Assembly (NCBI GenBank): GCA_041946735.1
Contig: JBHGAY010000017.1
Span: forward strand, 1-64,000
Direction of reading: 5' to 3'
DNA: 64,000 bases
DNA from: Candidatus Eiseniibacteriota bacterium
GTDB lineage: Bacteria; Eisenbacteria; RBG-16-71-46; CAIMUX01; VGJL01
Made by a program: the position numbers and the translations under genes
In this document: piece by piece, positions 8,958 to 17,997 of the stretch
How positions within the stretch are numbered: position 1 is the first letter of the stretch
Layout: each line of letters opens with the position of its first letter
The notes under the pieces: model-generated
Databases searched by the model: none
What the model was told of the DNA's origin: nothing
Seen by the model: the letters and a program-made list of their open reading frames with translations, nothing else

Positions 8958-9581
8958 GTGCGCAAACTCATCGTTGCGGAACACATCAGTCTCGATGGCG
9001 TCATGCAAGCCCCTGGTGGACCTGACGAAGACCCCGCCGACGGATTCGGCCTTGGTGGTTGGACCGTGCCGTACGCGGACGACGCCATCGGTCAGGAGCT
9101 GCGGGACCTGTTCTCGCAGCCGTTCGATCTGCTGCTGGGGCGTCGCACCTACGATATCTGGGCGGCGTATTGGCCTCGCATACCGGCAGGCTCCGGCAAC
9201 ACCATAGCGAACCTGTTCAACACCGTGCCCAAGCACGTGGCCACGCATGGTTCGGATCCGCTCGCCTGGCGGAACAGTCACGCGCTGGAGGGCGACTTCG
9301 CGGGCGCGATACGCGCGCTCAAGGAGCAGGGCGGCGCCAACCTATTGACGTGGGGGAGCGCCGGCATCGTGCATCAACTGCTCGCGGCCGGCTTGGTGGA
9401 CGAGTTTCGGCTCATGATCTATCCGGTTGTACTGGGGCGTGGCAAGCGCTTGTTCGGCGACGAATCACGACCCTCGGCCTTCACCCTGACGCACTGGACG
9501 AGCACGCCAGGCGGCGTGGTGCTCGCGCGCTATGAGCGGAGCGGGGACGTGCGCACGGGGACGTTCCGAAAGGCCGAGTAG
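8958..9581 (+). CDS. Dihydrofolate reductase-like (RibD C-terminal) protein
   Basis: ISLDGVMQAPGGPDED...LLLGRRTYDIW...GLVDE...PVVLGRGKRLF; GTG start after GGAGGAG. Confidence 0.88.
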   Translation: MRKLIVAEHISLDGVMQAPGGPDEDPADGFGLGGWTVPYADDAIGQELRDLFSQPFDLLLGRRTYDIWAAYWPRIPAGSGNTIANLFNTVPKHVATHGSDPLAWRNSHALEGDFAGAIRALKEQGGANLLTWGSAGIVHQLLAAGLVDEFRLMIYPVVLGRGKRLFGDESRPSAFTLTHWTSTPGGVVLARYERSGDVRTGTFRKAE

Positions 9582-9681
9582 GGGAGGACGGTGGCGCTGA
9601 GCAAGCGGCGCGAGGCTATGCGCTCGGCTGTCGCGATCGGGCGCGAGGTAATCCCGCGGACGAGCACTACGGAGGGGCAAG

Positions 9682-10071
9682 ATGACAGGACAGCAGCCGG
9701 TCTCCGTCGCAACTTTGCAGGCGATCACCGACGCATTCAACGCGCATGATCTGGACGCCATCATGCAGTTCTTTGCCGAAGACTGCTCGCTCGATATGCC
9801 CCGCGGGCCGGAGCCGTGGGGGCAGAGGTTTGCGGGCAAGGCGGCGGTTCGCGACGCGTTGGCCACCCGTTTCGAGGGCCTTCCGGACGTCCACTACGGC
9901 GACGACCGTCACTGGGTCAGTGGCGATCGGGGTGTGTCCGAGTGGTTGCTCACCGGCACGACGCCTGACGGACGCCGCATACGGGTGCGTGGATGCGACC
10001 ACTGGGAGTTTCGGGACGGAAAGGTCACGCGGAAGGACTCGTACTGGAAGATTGTCGAAAAGCCGGTCTGA
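9682..10071 (+). CDS. SnoaL-like/NTF2 family protein
   Basis: AFNAHDLDAIM..F...GVSEW...GCD.WEFRDGKVTRKDSYWK. Confidence 0.88.
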   Translation: MTGQQPVSVATLQAITDAFNAHDLDAIMQFFAEDCSLDMPRGPEPWGQRFAGKAAVRDALATRFEGLPDVHYGDDRHWVSGDRGVSEWLLTGTTPDGRRIRVRGCDHWEFRDGKVTRKDSYWKIVEKPV

Positions 10072-10186
10072 GACTCCGCTGCTCCATCAGCAGAAGGAAC
10101 CTCGGGGCGCTTCGCGCCGGACGGGAGCCTGAGTGTTACGCAACGTATGCGTATGCTGGGAGCATGGGATCAGGGAGCCCTACGCT

Positions 10187-10984
10187 ATGAATGATCGCTG
10201 GGCGGACGCTCTGGCTTATGACGCCTTCATGGGACGATGGAGCCGCGAACTGGGTCGTGCATTCGTGCCGTGGTTGGGCGTACCTCAGGCGCGCCACTGG
10301 CTCGAGATCGGATGCGGAACCGGCGCTCTTACGCGCAGCATTTGCGAGCTGACGGACCCCACATCGGTTGTCGCTACGGATCTGTCCGAGACGTTTGTCT
10401 CGCACGCGCGGGTCCACTTTCCCGATCCACGCGTGCAATACGCGGTCGCGAGCATGGCCACACTCCCGGCCTGGCCAAGCGGCTACGACGCCGTCGCTTC
10501 TCTGCTGGTTCTCAACTTCCTGCCCGATCCACCGGCAGCACTTGGGATGATGAGGGACCTGTCCGCAGCAGGCGGCACGGTGGGTGCGTGCGTCTGGGAC
10601 TACGCCGACGGCATGGGGATGCTCCGGTACTTCTGGGACGTTGCCGTCGAACTCGATCCATCCGTCCGTGAGTTGGATGAGGGCGTGCGTTTCCCCATCT
10701 GTTCCAGAAGCGTGCTCGAAGCGGCATTCCGGGGAGCGGGTCTATCGCGCGTTCAGGTGGAACCTCTCGAGATCGAGATGCAGTTCCCGAGCTTCGAGGA
10801 CTACTGGCGACCGTTCGTTGGCGGCACTGGTCCAGCGCCGAGCTACTTGTCTTCGCTCGGTGTCGAGCACCGGGGGGTATTGGCCCGCCGGCTCCAGCGC
10901 CGTTTGCCTCGAGCAAGGGATGGGAGCATATCGCTGCCTGCGAGAGCGTGGGCAGCCAGAGGCCGTCGGGAAGGCACTGCCTGA
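10187..10984 (+). CDS. Class I SAM-dependent methyltransferase
   Basis: YDAFMGRWS...LEIGCGTGAL motif I. Confidence 0.88.
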   Translation: MNDRWADALAYDAFMGRWSRELGRAFVPWLGVPQARHWLEIGCGTGALTRSICELTDPTSVVATDLSETFVSHARVHFPDPRVQYAVASMATLPAWPSGYDAVASLLVLNFLPDPPAALGMMRDLSAAGGTVGACVWDYADGMGMLRYFWDVAVELDPSVRELDEGVRFPICSRSVLEAAFRGAGLSRVQVEPLEIEMQFPSFEDYWRPFVGGTGPAPSYLSSLGVEHRGVLARRLQRRLPRARDGSISLPARAWAARGRREGTA

Positions 10985-11047
10985 AAGTCTGGGGCAGTGG
11001 TGGCAGCGAATGTTGGATCCCCAAAGGAAGGAGAGGAGAAGGCGACA

Positions 11048-11389
11048 ATGAGCAACGGACACGTGGAGCCCCAGACGAAAGGTGTTACGGTGAAGTTACT
11101 TACGACGGTTGACCTCGGCCCTGAGATCGAGGGCATGGCAGGGCGGCAACTTCGAATGCGCATGGTGACCATCGATCCTGGAGGAGTCTTCGGTCCGGTT
11201 CACGACCATAAGGGCAGACCAGGCACCGTGTACATACTGCAAGGGACGATCACGGACCATCGCAATGGAGTCGCTACGGACTACGGTCCGGGGGTGGGCT
11301 GGCCTGAGGACAGAAACACTCTGCACTGGCTGGAGAACAGAGGAGCGATTCCAGCGGTAGAGATCTCGGTCGACATAGTCAGGCCCTAG
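11048..11389 (+). CDS. Cupin domain protein
   Basis: PGG..GPVHDH..RPGTVYILQG...HWLENRG. Confidence 0.85.
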   Translation: MSNGHVEPQTKGVTVKLLTTVDLGPEIEGMAGRQLRMRMVTIDPGGVFGPVHDHKGRPGTVYILQGTITDHRNGVATDYGPGVGWPEDRNTLHWLENRGAIPAVEISVDIVRP

Positions 11390-11567
11390 TCACCCGAAGC
11401 CGTGGCCGTAACCTCATTCTCCTCGACCACCTGATCAATGGCGGCACCCTTCGGCGGCGCCCTTCAGCGTAGTGGAAGTCGCCTCAACGGGGTACAATCA
11501 GAGGCGCCCAGGTTCACCCGGGCGGAAATTCATGGGACCGAACGCGAGGATTTGAGAGGCGACAACC

Positions 11568-12062
11568 ATGACGCGAATGCTCGTTGTTGCACTTCTCCTG
11601 CTGGCCGCCGCTCCGGCCCAGGCGCAGGTCTGCTGGTTCTTCGAGGCATACCTCCGCGGGGACGAGGTCGTACCTCCGACGGGCAGCCAGGCGCTCGTCG
11701 ACTACCTGTCCAACTTCAGCTCCTGCAGCGTCTGCCCGGAATGGACGGACGATCCGTACACGATCACGATCAACATGTGGGAGCCGCTCGAAGGTGGCGC
11801 TCCGTTCTCGCTGGATATCTGCCGCGGCGCTCGCGGGACGAACGGCCCGGCAATTCATCACCTCGAGCTTACGACCATACCGTTCCAGACGCAGATCGAG
11901 TTCGACGAATCGCAGTGCGAGGCTCTTCGAGACACGCTCTTGTACGTCGTCCTCAGGACGAGGAGCTATCCCGAAGGCGAAGTACGGGGTCAGATCATTC
12001 CGCAGGCACCGCATTCCGTAGGCCAGGCGACATGGGGGACCCTCCGCGGTTCCTATCGTTGA
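11568..12062 (+). CDS. Secreted CHRD-like domain protein with C-terminal TWG motif
   Basis: Signal peptide; AYLRGDEVVPP...GARGTNGP...LYVVLRTRSYPEGEVRGQI; ends TWGTLRGSYR. Confidence 0.75.
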   Translation: MTRMLVVALLLLAAAPAQAQVCWFFEAYLRGDEVVPPTGSQALVDYLSNFSSCSVCPEWTDDPYTITINMWEPLEGGAPFSLDICRGARGTNGPAIHHLELTTIPFQTQIEFDESQCEALRDTLLYVVLRTRSYPEGEVRGQIIPQAPHSVGQATWGTLRGSYR

Positions 12063-12200
12063 GCCACCGACTGGTATTGCGACGGAGTGGGAGAAGTTCA
12101 GTGGGGGTACATCTGCGGCGGTCTGCATCGGCTCCTGAACTACGATCTTCCCGTGGCGGCGAAGAACACGACGTGGGGGAAGGTTCGGAATCTCTTTTGA
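12063..12200 (+). pseudogene. Orphan C-terminal remnant of a TWG-motif protein
   Basis: In frame after the CHRD stop: ATDWYCDGVGEVQWGYICGGLHRLLNYDLPVAAKNTTWGKVRNLF*; no start. Confidence 0.55.
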
Positions 12201-12273
12201 AGCGGTGAGCAACGACGCTGATGAGGTACGACGTAGCGTCCGCTAGGCGGAAGCGACACGGAAAGGAGTGAAC

Positions 12274-12852
12274 ATGCCAGGCCGCCACCTCTTGATTCTC
12301 ATGGCATCGCTCCTGGCGGTGCTGCCTACATATTCCGATGGCGCAATGGACGGCTACCTCGAAGCGGGCATCCTCTCGCGGGACCCCTACGACATGTGCG
12401 ACGGGCTCTGGGTTCCCGGGGAGCAGCAGTGGTACAAGATCGACAACTTCGGGACGTTCGCGCTCGGAGATACGGTCGTCGTGACCGCGGCTACCATGGA
12501 GGAGTACCTCTGCAACGACTACAACACCTACTCCTACCTGCCCGGCAACACGATCGCGGCGTGGCGCGGCCTGGATCTAGGCTGCGGGGTGGTCCTCGTC
12601 GACCCGGAGTACGGGTGTAAAGGCTTCGAGTCGCCTCTCTACGGGGTCTTCACCATCCTCGACGGCCTCGGTGGCTTCGTTCAAGGTGACTCCGCGCATG
12701 TCTGGGGGAACGCAAGCCTGGAGGAGTGCATGATGATCCCGGAGTGCGGATTCGGATACTGCTTCTATGTCACCAGAGCCGTCGCATGCCCGGACTCCGG
12801 CAGCGCGACGCGTCCCTGCTCATGGGGAAGGCTTCGCGGCTTGTTCCGGTAG
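12274..12852 (+). CDS. Secreted Cys-rich hypothetical protein with C-terminal SWG motif
   Basis: AAGGAG RBS, signal peptide, ends SWGRLRGLFR; preceded by GCTAGGC (12242-12248). Confidence 0.75.
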   Translation: MPGRHLLILMASLLAVLPTYSDGAMDGYLEAGILSRDPYDMCDGLWVPGEQQWYKIDNFGTFALGDTVVVTAATMEEYLCNDYNTYSYLPGNTIAAWRGLDLGCGVVLVDPEYGCKGFESPLYGVFTILDGLGGFVQGDSAHVWGNASLEECMMIPECGFGYCFYVTRAVACPDSGSATRPCSWGRLRGLFR

Positions 12853-12942
12853 CGCTACACGAAGAGCAGGGTAGCTGGGTCGTCCAATCCGACGACGCCC
12901 ACCCGCCGGTAAGGCGGGCATCGATCTCGAGGAGGGCCAGAC

Positions 12943-13329
12943 ATGAGGAGAGTGACCGGCATCGGTGGCGTGTTCTTCAAGGCCAAAGACCCAAAGGCAC
13001 TTGCCGAGTGGTACCGCGTCCATCTCGGCATGAACGTCGAGGACTGGGGCGGCGTGGTCTTCCGTTGGGCGTCGCCGGAAAACCCCGCGGGCACGGGCAC
13101 GACGATCTGGACCCCGTTCCCGGAGGACACCTCCTATTTCGGTCCGAGTCAGGCGAGCTTCATGGTGAACTTCCGCGTCGAAGATCTGCACGGCCTGCTG
13201 GCTGCGCTCCGGGCCGAAGGCTGCCAGGTCGAAGAGAAGACCGAGGAGTCCGAATACGGGAAGTTTGGCTGGGTGGTCGACCCCGAAGGCAACAAGCTCG
13301 AGCTCTGGCAGCCGCCCCAGGGATCCTGA
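12943..13329 (+). CDS. VOC/glyoxalase family protein
   Basis: RVTGIGGVFFKAKDP...YGKFGWVVDPEGNKLELWQP. Confidence 0.9.
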   Translation: MRRVTGIGGVFFKAKDPKALAEWYRVHLGMNVEDWGGVVFRWASPENPAGTGTTIWTPFPEDTSYFGPSQASFMVNFRVEDLHGLLAALRAEGCQVEEKTEESEYGKFGWVVDPEGNKLELWQPPQGS

Positions 13330-13567
13330 GCGACCGGGCGGCGACGCCGAGTCGCCACCAAGTCGCCTCAATGACGACGCTCTCCATCGCTCTTTCAAGC
13401 CGCGGGTCACCCCCGAGTAGCGACCGCACGAATCACATCCCGGCATCTTGACACGGATCCACCGAAGACGTTCACTTGGATGCCGTTCGACAAGCTGCTC
13501 CTTACACCGGTCCACGGTGGCCGAGAGGAATCTGCCGACCGAGACTGTCCAAGGAAGGCACCCGCCC

Positions 13568-14626
13568 ATGAAGAACACGCGCATCGTCGTCACTCGGTAC
13601 GGCGGCCCGGACGTGCTTCAGGTGGTCGAAGAAGAGTGCCCCGAGCCGAAGCACGGTGAAGTACGGGTGAGGGTGCAGGCGGCCGGCGTCTCCTTGCCCG
13701 ACATCATGGCGCGCGAGGGCACTCATCCCGAGACCCCCCGAGTGCCCTTCACGCCGGGGTGGGATCTGGTTGGCGCGGTGGATCGGCTCGGCGAGGGCGT
13801 CTCTGGATTCGAGCCGGGTCAGACCGTTGTCGCGATGCCGATCCATGGCGCATACGCGGAGTTCGTTTGTCTGCCGCAAGAGGAACTCGTTGTTGTGCCG
13901 CCCGGCCTGGACGCTGCCGAGGCTGTCAGCCTCGTGTTGAACTACATCACAGCCCACCAGATGATGCACCGGTCGGCCAAGGTCGAGCGGGGCCAGCGAG
14001 TGTTGATTCATGGCGCGGCAGGCGGAGTCGGCACGGCACTGTTGCAGCTTGGGCTTCTGGCCGATCTGGAGATGTACGGGACCTGTTCCTCACGAGGGGC
14101 GTCGGTCGTTTCCGGCCTCGGCGGCATCCCGATCGACTACCGGGATCAGGACTTCGTGGAAGAGATTCATCGATTCACCGGGGATGGCGTCGACGTCGTC
14201 TTCGATCCGATCGGTGGCGCGCATCTCTGGCGGTCCCGCAAGGCTCTCCGTCGTGGCGGCAGGGTGGTGGGCTATGGTCTTCTAACTTCGTTGCGTGGAG
14301 AAGGCTTGGGTTCCGGCCGTCCAGGGAGTCGTCAACGGTTTCGCGGGACCGCCACCTTCGTGTTGTACATCGCCGGTGGCTGGCTCCTTCCGGGACGGAA
14401 GCGGGTGGTCCCTTACAGCATCCAGACGCTCAAGCGACTGAAGCCGGCATGGTTCAGACAGGATTTGATGACCTTGTTCGATCTCCTTCGCGAGCAGAAG
14501 GTCAAGCCGCTGATTGCGGGGCGATTTCCGATCGCCGAGGCGCGACAGGCGCAGGAGCTGCTCGGGAAGGGTGGCGTCGCCGGCAAGATCGTGCTGGTGG
14601 GCAAGGGAGACGCCGCAGCGACGTAA
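13568..14626 (+). CDS. Medium-chain dehydrogenase/reductase (quinone oxidoreductase-like)
   Basis: YGGPDVL...PFTPGWDLVG...LIHGAAGGVG...GKIVL. Confidence 0.9.
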   Translation: MKNTRIVVTRYGGPDVLQVVEEECPEPKHGEVRVRVQAAGVSLPDIMAREGTHPETPRVPFTPGWDLVGAVDRLGEGVSGFEPGQTVVAMPIHGAYAEFVCLPQEELVVVPPGLDAAEAVSLVLNYITAHQMMHRSAKVERGQRVLIHGAAGGVGTALLQLGLLADLEMYGTCSSRGASVVSGLGGIPIDYRDQDFVEEIHRFTGDGVDVVFDPIGGAHLWRSRKALRRGGRVVGYGLLTSLRGEGLGSGRPGSRQRFRGTATFVLYIAGGWLLPGRKRVVPYSIQTLKRLKPAWFRQDLMTLFDLLREQKVKPLIAGRFPIAEARQAQELLGKGGVAGKIVLVGKGDAAAT

Positions 14627-14707
14627 CGGCCGCACGCTGCGGTTCGCGTCGCAGTCTCTGAGCCTGACGCCCAGCGTTTGAGCGCCATTCCCCAGAAGGG
14701 GGTGAGC

Positions 14708-14974
14708 ATGAGCACGGCTTTCCTGGTCCTGGCGGTTCTGTGCGCGCTCTGGGGAGTGGTGAACGCGATCCTGATCGTCGCCGCACTGCAGAGACGTGGC
14801 ATCCACGTCAACCTGCTCCTGCTTCGGCTGGACTTCTTTCGACATCTGACCCAGTACAGGACGCTGACTTTCAGCGAAACCGGCAGGGTCGGTCCTCTCT
14901 ACTACTCCTATCTCATCGCGATGAGCGTTGCGCTGCTGTCTGTCGCAATCGCCTTGATCCTCCGCGTGAGCTAG
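14708..14974 (+). CDS. Small two-TM hypothetical protein
   Basis: Two hydrophobic segments; RBS-like sequence upstream. Confidence 0.6.
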   Translation: MSTAFLVLAVLCALWGVVNAILIVAALQRRGIHVNLLLLRLDFFRHLTQYRTLTFSETGRVGPLYYSYLIAMSVALLSVAIALILRVS

Positions 14975-14995
14975 GACGCACGACGGACGGTCATC

Positions 14996-15736
14996 ATGGC
15001 GAGCAGTGGCCAGAGACGGAAGCGCAGGGGCGGCCATCGACCGGAGCTAGCCGGTGTGCTCGGCCTCGCTGTCCTTCTCTCGACAGCGTCGGGGATATCG
15101 CTCGGCCAGCCGCAGACCACGTCCTTGATCGGCGCAGAGGCGCGTGTCTTCGCATCGACGCTGCCGATCCTGCCCGCGAGGGGATTCTTCTACTCGGTGG
15201 ATTCCGCCGCTGTGGTCCTTCAACTGAAGCCGGACTACGCCGAGCAGTTGCAGATCCATGGCTTCCGCGTGCACATCCTCTCGTTGCAGGAGCATGAGAT
15301 CGGGAGTCTCGCCAGCATGCGCGCGGCCCTTTCCGAGGGAGAGGAGCCCATTGTGGTCGAATTGTCGCCCGGCCAAGGGGATTCGCGTGCGGCGGTTCGG
15401 CGGACCCGGCTTCTCTTCTTGAAGCCGGAGGACGTCCTCAGCGCGGATGTCCTACGTGATCGGAAGAGCCGTGTCGGTCGAGGTGCCCTCATTGGCCTTT
15501 GCGGAGGCGCATTGGTCGGCGCGGCGATCGGCTACGCGACCTACGACGAGCATCGAGATTGCCCGCCTGACGAATGGTGCCTCCGGATCCTCGATCGCGA
15601 CGACACGACGCTCGTCGGCGCCCTCGCGGGAGCCGTTGTAGGATTGGTCGTCGGAGGGGCCATCGGAGCGGCTAGTCCAGCGGAGCGCTGGGAGCCAGTA
15701 GCACTTCAGGTTTCGGGTGATGGGGCGGGCTACTGA
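14996..15736 (+). CDS. Hypothetical protein with C-terminal glycine-zipper segments
   Basis: GALIGLCGGALVGAAIG and GALAGAVVGLVVGGAIG segments. Confidence 0.6.
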   Translation: MASSGQRRKRRGGHRPELAGVLGLAVLLSTASGISLGQPQTTSLIGAEARVFASTLPILPARGFFYSVDSAAVVLQLKPDYAEQLQIHGFRVHILSLQEHEIGSLASMRAALSEGEEPIVVELSPGQGDSRAAVRRTRLLFLKPEDVLSADVLRDRKSRVGRGALIGLCGGALVGAAIGYATYDEHRDCPPDEWCLRILDRDDTTLVGALAGAVVGLVVGGAIGAASPAERWEPVALQVSGDGAGY

Positions 15737-15750
15737 CGGAGGGAGGTCGA

Positions 15751-16689
15751 ATGGGAACCGGTGGACAGGGGACCAGATTGGACAACTTGAAGCAGCCGCC
15801 CTTCAATACAACGATGATGGGCGTGCTCAAGGGAGTCGCGGACTACTACGGACTGGACCTGGATGCCGCCACGGTCTATGGACTTTCGGGTCACGCCTTC
15901 CTGATCAACATCCATACCCAGATCTGCCCGAGCGGTCCGTATGTCTGGAAGCAGGAGAACGCGCGGCCACTGATCGAAGGAATGGGCCTGAGGATGGTGG
16001 ACCTCGGGTTCTTTGACGCAGGAGCGAAGGAAAGCGAGCGGGCCGAGGTCGAGGGCAGGCTGTACGCCGCGCTGGACCGCGCGATCCCGTGTTCCTTGGT
16101 CAACCTCGAGAACCAGATCCTGACCGGGTACGACAGGACGGGGTTCTTCTGCGCCCAGCCGTGGGCGCCGAAGATCGAGTTCCCGCCGGGAAGGCTGACG
16201 TTCGGGTCGTGGGAGGAACTCGGCAAGGAATTCCACGTCGACTTCTACGCGATCGAGAGGGCGCATCCTGTCGGGCGTCGGGAGGCGATCCGTGCGAGCC
16301 TGGAGTACGCGATCGACCTGTGGACGCACCCGTCCGCGCATAGCATGCCGGGCTATGGCGTGGGACCGAGCGCCTACGACAACTGGATCGCCGCGGTTCC
16401 GGAATCCGGTTCCAGCCACGGCAACTGGTGGAACGCCACCGTGTGGGGCGAGTGTCGCCGCATGGCGGCCGAGTACTTCGCGGCGATCGCGAAGGGCGAC
16501 GGAAGTGTTGCGGGCATTTGCGAGCCGCTGAGTGGCGCGTATCGGCGGATCGCCGAGAATCTTGAGAAGGCGAGCAGCAAGACGATGGATGCGGGCGAGA
16601 AGGTCGACCTGTTGAGGCAGGCGAAGGTCCTGGAGGCCGGGGCGGTGGAGAAGATCGAGAAGCTGGCCGAGGCTTTGCGCGCTGGGTGA
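15751..16689 (+). CDS. Hypothetical protein (loosely BtrH-N-like)
   Basis: Long ORF with a strong GGAGG RBS; YGLSGHAF...CPSGP motif; family uncertain. Confidence 0.65.
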   Translation: MGTGGQGTRLDNLKQPPFNTTMMGVLKGVADYYGLDLDAATVYGLSGHAFLINIHTQICPSGPYVWKQENARPLIEGMGLRMVDLGFFDAGAKESERAEVEGRLYAALDRAIPCSLVNLENQILTGYDRTGFFCAQPWAPKIEFPPGRLTFGSWEELGKEFHVDFYAIERAHPVGRREAIRASLEYAIDLWTHPSAHSMPGYGVGPSAYDNWIAAVPESGSSHGNWWNATVWGECRRMAAEYFAAIAKGDGSVAGICEPLSGAYRRIAENLEKASSKTMDAGEKVDLLRQAKVLEAGAVEKIEKLAEALRAG

Positions 16690-16723
16690 GAAAGGCCGGC
16701 CGGCTCGCCAGGAGCGGAACGCC

Positions 16724-17389
16724 ATGTCGTACTACTCCGACCGACTCTCGGCCGAGCGCCTTCAGCGCTGCTATGAGCTTGCCACGCCGGAAGTCCAGGC
16801 GTACCTCGAGGCGGAAATTCAGTACCTGCTCGCGGCGATCGCGCCCGGCGACCGGGTGCTGGAGCTCGGCTGCGGCTACGGCCGCGTGCTTTCCCGCCTT
16901 GCCGAACGCACGAATCGGATCATGGGGCTCGACCTCTCGATTGCCAGTTTGCGTCACGCGCGGGAGATCCTCGATCCGCGACGGGTCGGCCTGATAAGGG
17001 GCGATGCAGCGACGCCTTGCTTCCGCAGCTCCTCCTTCGATCTTGTCTGTTGCCCGCAGAACGGCATCTCAGCTCTTCACGTCGACCAGCGCTCCCTCAT
17101 CGTCTCGGCCGTCGGGTTGGTGGTTCCGGGCGGCAATGCGGTCTTCTTCAGTTATGCGGACACATTCTGGCGGCATCGCCTCGAATGGTTCCGCATCCAG
17201 GCGGCGCATGGCCTCATCGGCGAGATCGACGAGCGCGCGACGGCCAACGGAACGATCGTCTGCAAAGACGGCTTCGTCGCGACGACCGTCGCTCCGGAGC
17301 GCTTCCTCGAGTTGAGTCAGGGACTTGGCCGGAGCGTCTCCGTCTCGGAGCTCGCCGGCTCGAGCGTCGTTTGCTCGATCACCGTCTAG
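16724..17389 (+). CDS. Class I SAM-dependent methyltransferase
   Basis: VLELGCGYGR motif I, GLDLS. Confidence 0.85.
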   Translation: MSYYSDRLSAERLQRCYELATPEVQAYLEAEIQYLLAAIAPGDRVLELGCGYGRVLSRLAERTNRIMGLDLSIASLRHAREILDPRRVGLIRGDAATPCFRSSSFDLVCCPQNGISALHVDQRSLIVSAVGLVVPGGNAVFFSYADTFWRHRLEWFRIQAAHGLIGEIDERATANGTIVCKDGFVATTVAPERFLELSQGLGRSVSVSELAGSSVVCSITV

Positions 17390-17418
17390 CGGCACGCCAG
17401 GTGCCCCGGAGGTTTCGT

Positions 17419-17781
17419 ATGGAGAGTCCTGACGACAAGCAGAGTGATCAGAACCAGCTCGTCCGCTCGGACGACGTGCCGTGGAGGCCGCTCGACGAGC
17501 CGGGTGTGCAAGGGGTCTTCGTGAAGGTCTTGCGACGCGACCCAGTGGCCCGCAGAGCCCGCACGATCCTGCTGAAGTTCGAGGCAGGAACGACGTACCC
17601 GGCGCACAATCACCCGAGCGGAGAGGAGGTCTACGTCCTGCAGGGTGACATCACGCTGGGCAAGGACCGCCTGCGAGCCGGGGACTTCCTGTACACGGCT
17701 CCCGATGGCAAGCATGCCGTCCACACCGAGGGGGGCTGCGTGATCCTGGTGGTTGTGCCGGAGGAGGTGGAGCGCCTGTAG
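17419..17781 (+). CDS. ChrR-like cupin domain protein
   Basis: YPAHNHPSGEEVYVLQG...GDFLYTAPDGKH...GC. Confidence 0.82.
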   Translation: MESPDDKQSDQNQLVRSDDVPWRPLDEPGVQGVFVKVLRRDPVARRARTILLKFEAGTTYPAHNHPSGEEVYVLQGDITLGKDRLRAGDFLYTAPDGKHAVHTEGGCVILVVVPEEVERL

Positions 17782-17997
17782 CGGCGTAGGCGGCATCCCG
17801 CGCGAATGCCCCGCCAGTACTTCGTCCAGTACGTGCGGGTTAGCTCCGAAGCGGTCCTCGAGCTGCCTCTGGGTGCAGGATCCGACATCCGCAATCGCCC
17901 TGGACCGTCCTCGGCCGCCCAGGTGCTATGATCCTTGCGCTACGAACGAGAAGCGCAGAGCGAGTCCGACGATTCGAATCGAAGGGAGGATCCGGCC

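Noticed and set aside
12060..12062. Selenocysteine read-through of the CHRD TGA
   Set aside because: The TGA follows a complete C-terminal motif, no redox context is present, and no clear SECIS was seen.
11476..13371. 12-mer AAGTCGCCTCAA in two spacers
   Set aside because: A single 12-bp match is expected by chance at this scale and the flanks do not align.
1..17800. Integron integrase or attI within the window
   Set aside because: No ORF with tyrosine-recombinase motifs was seen.
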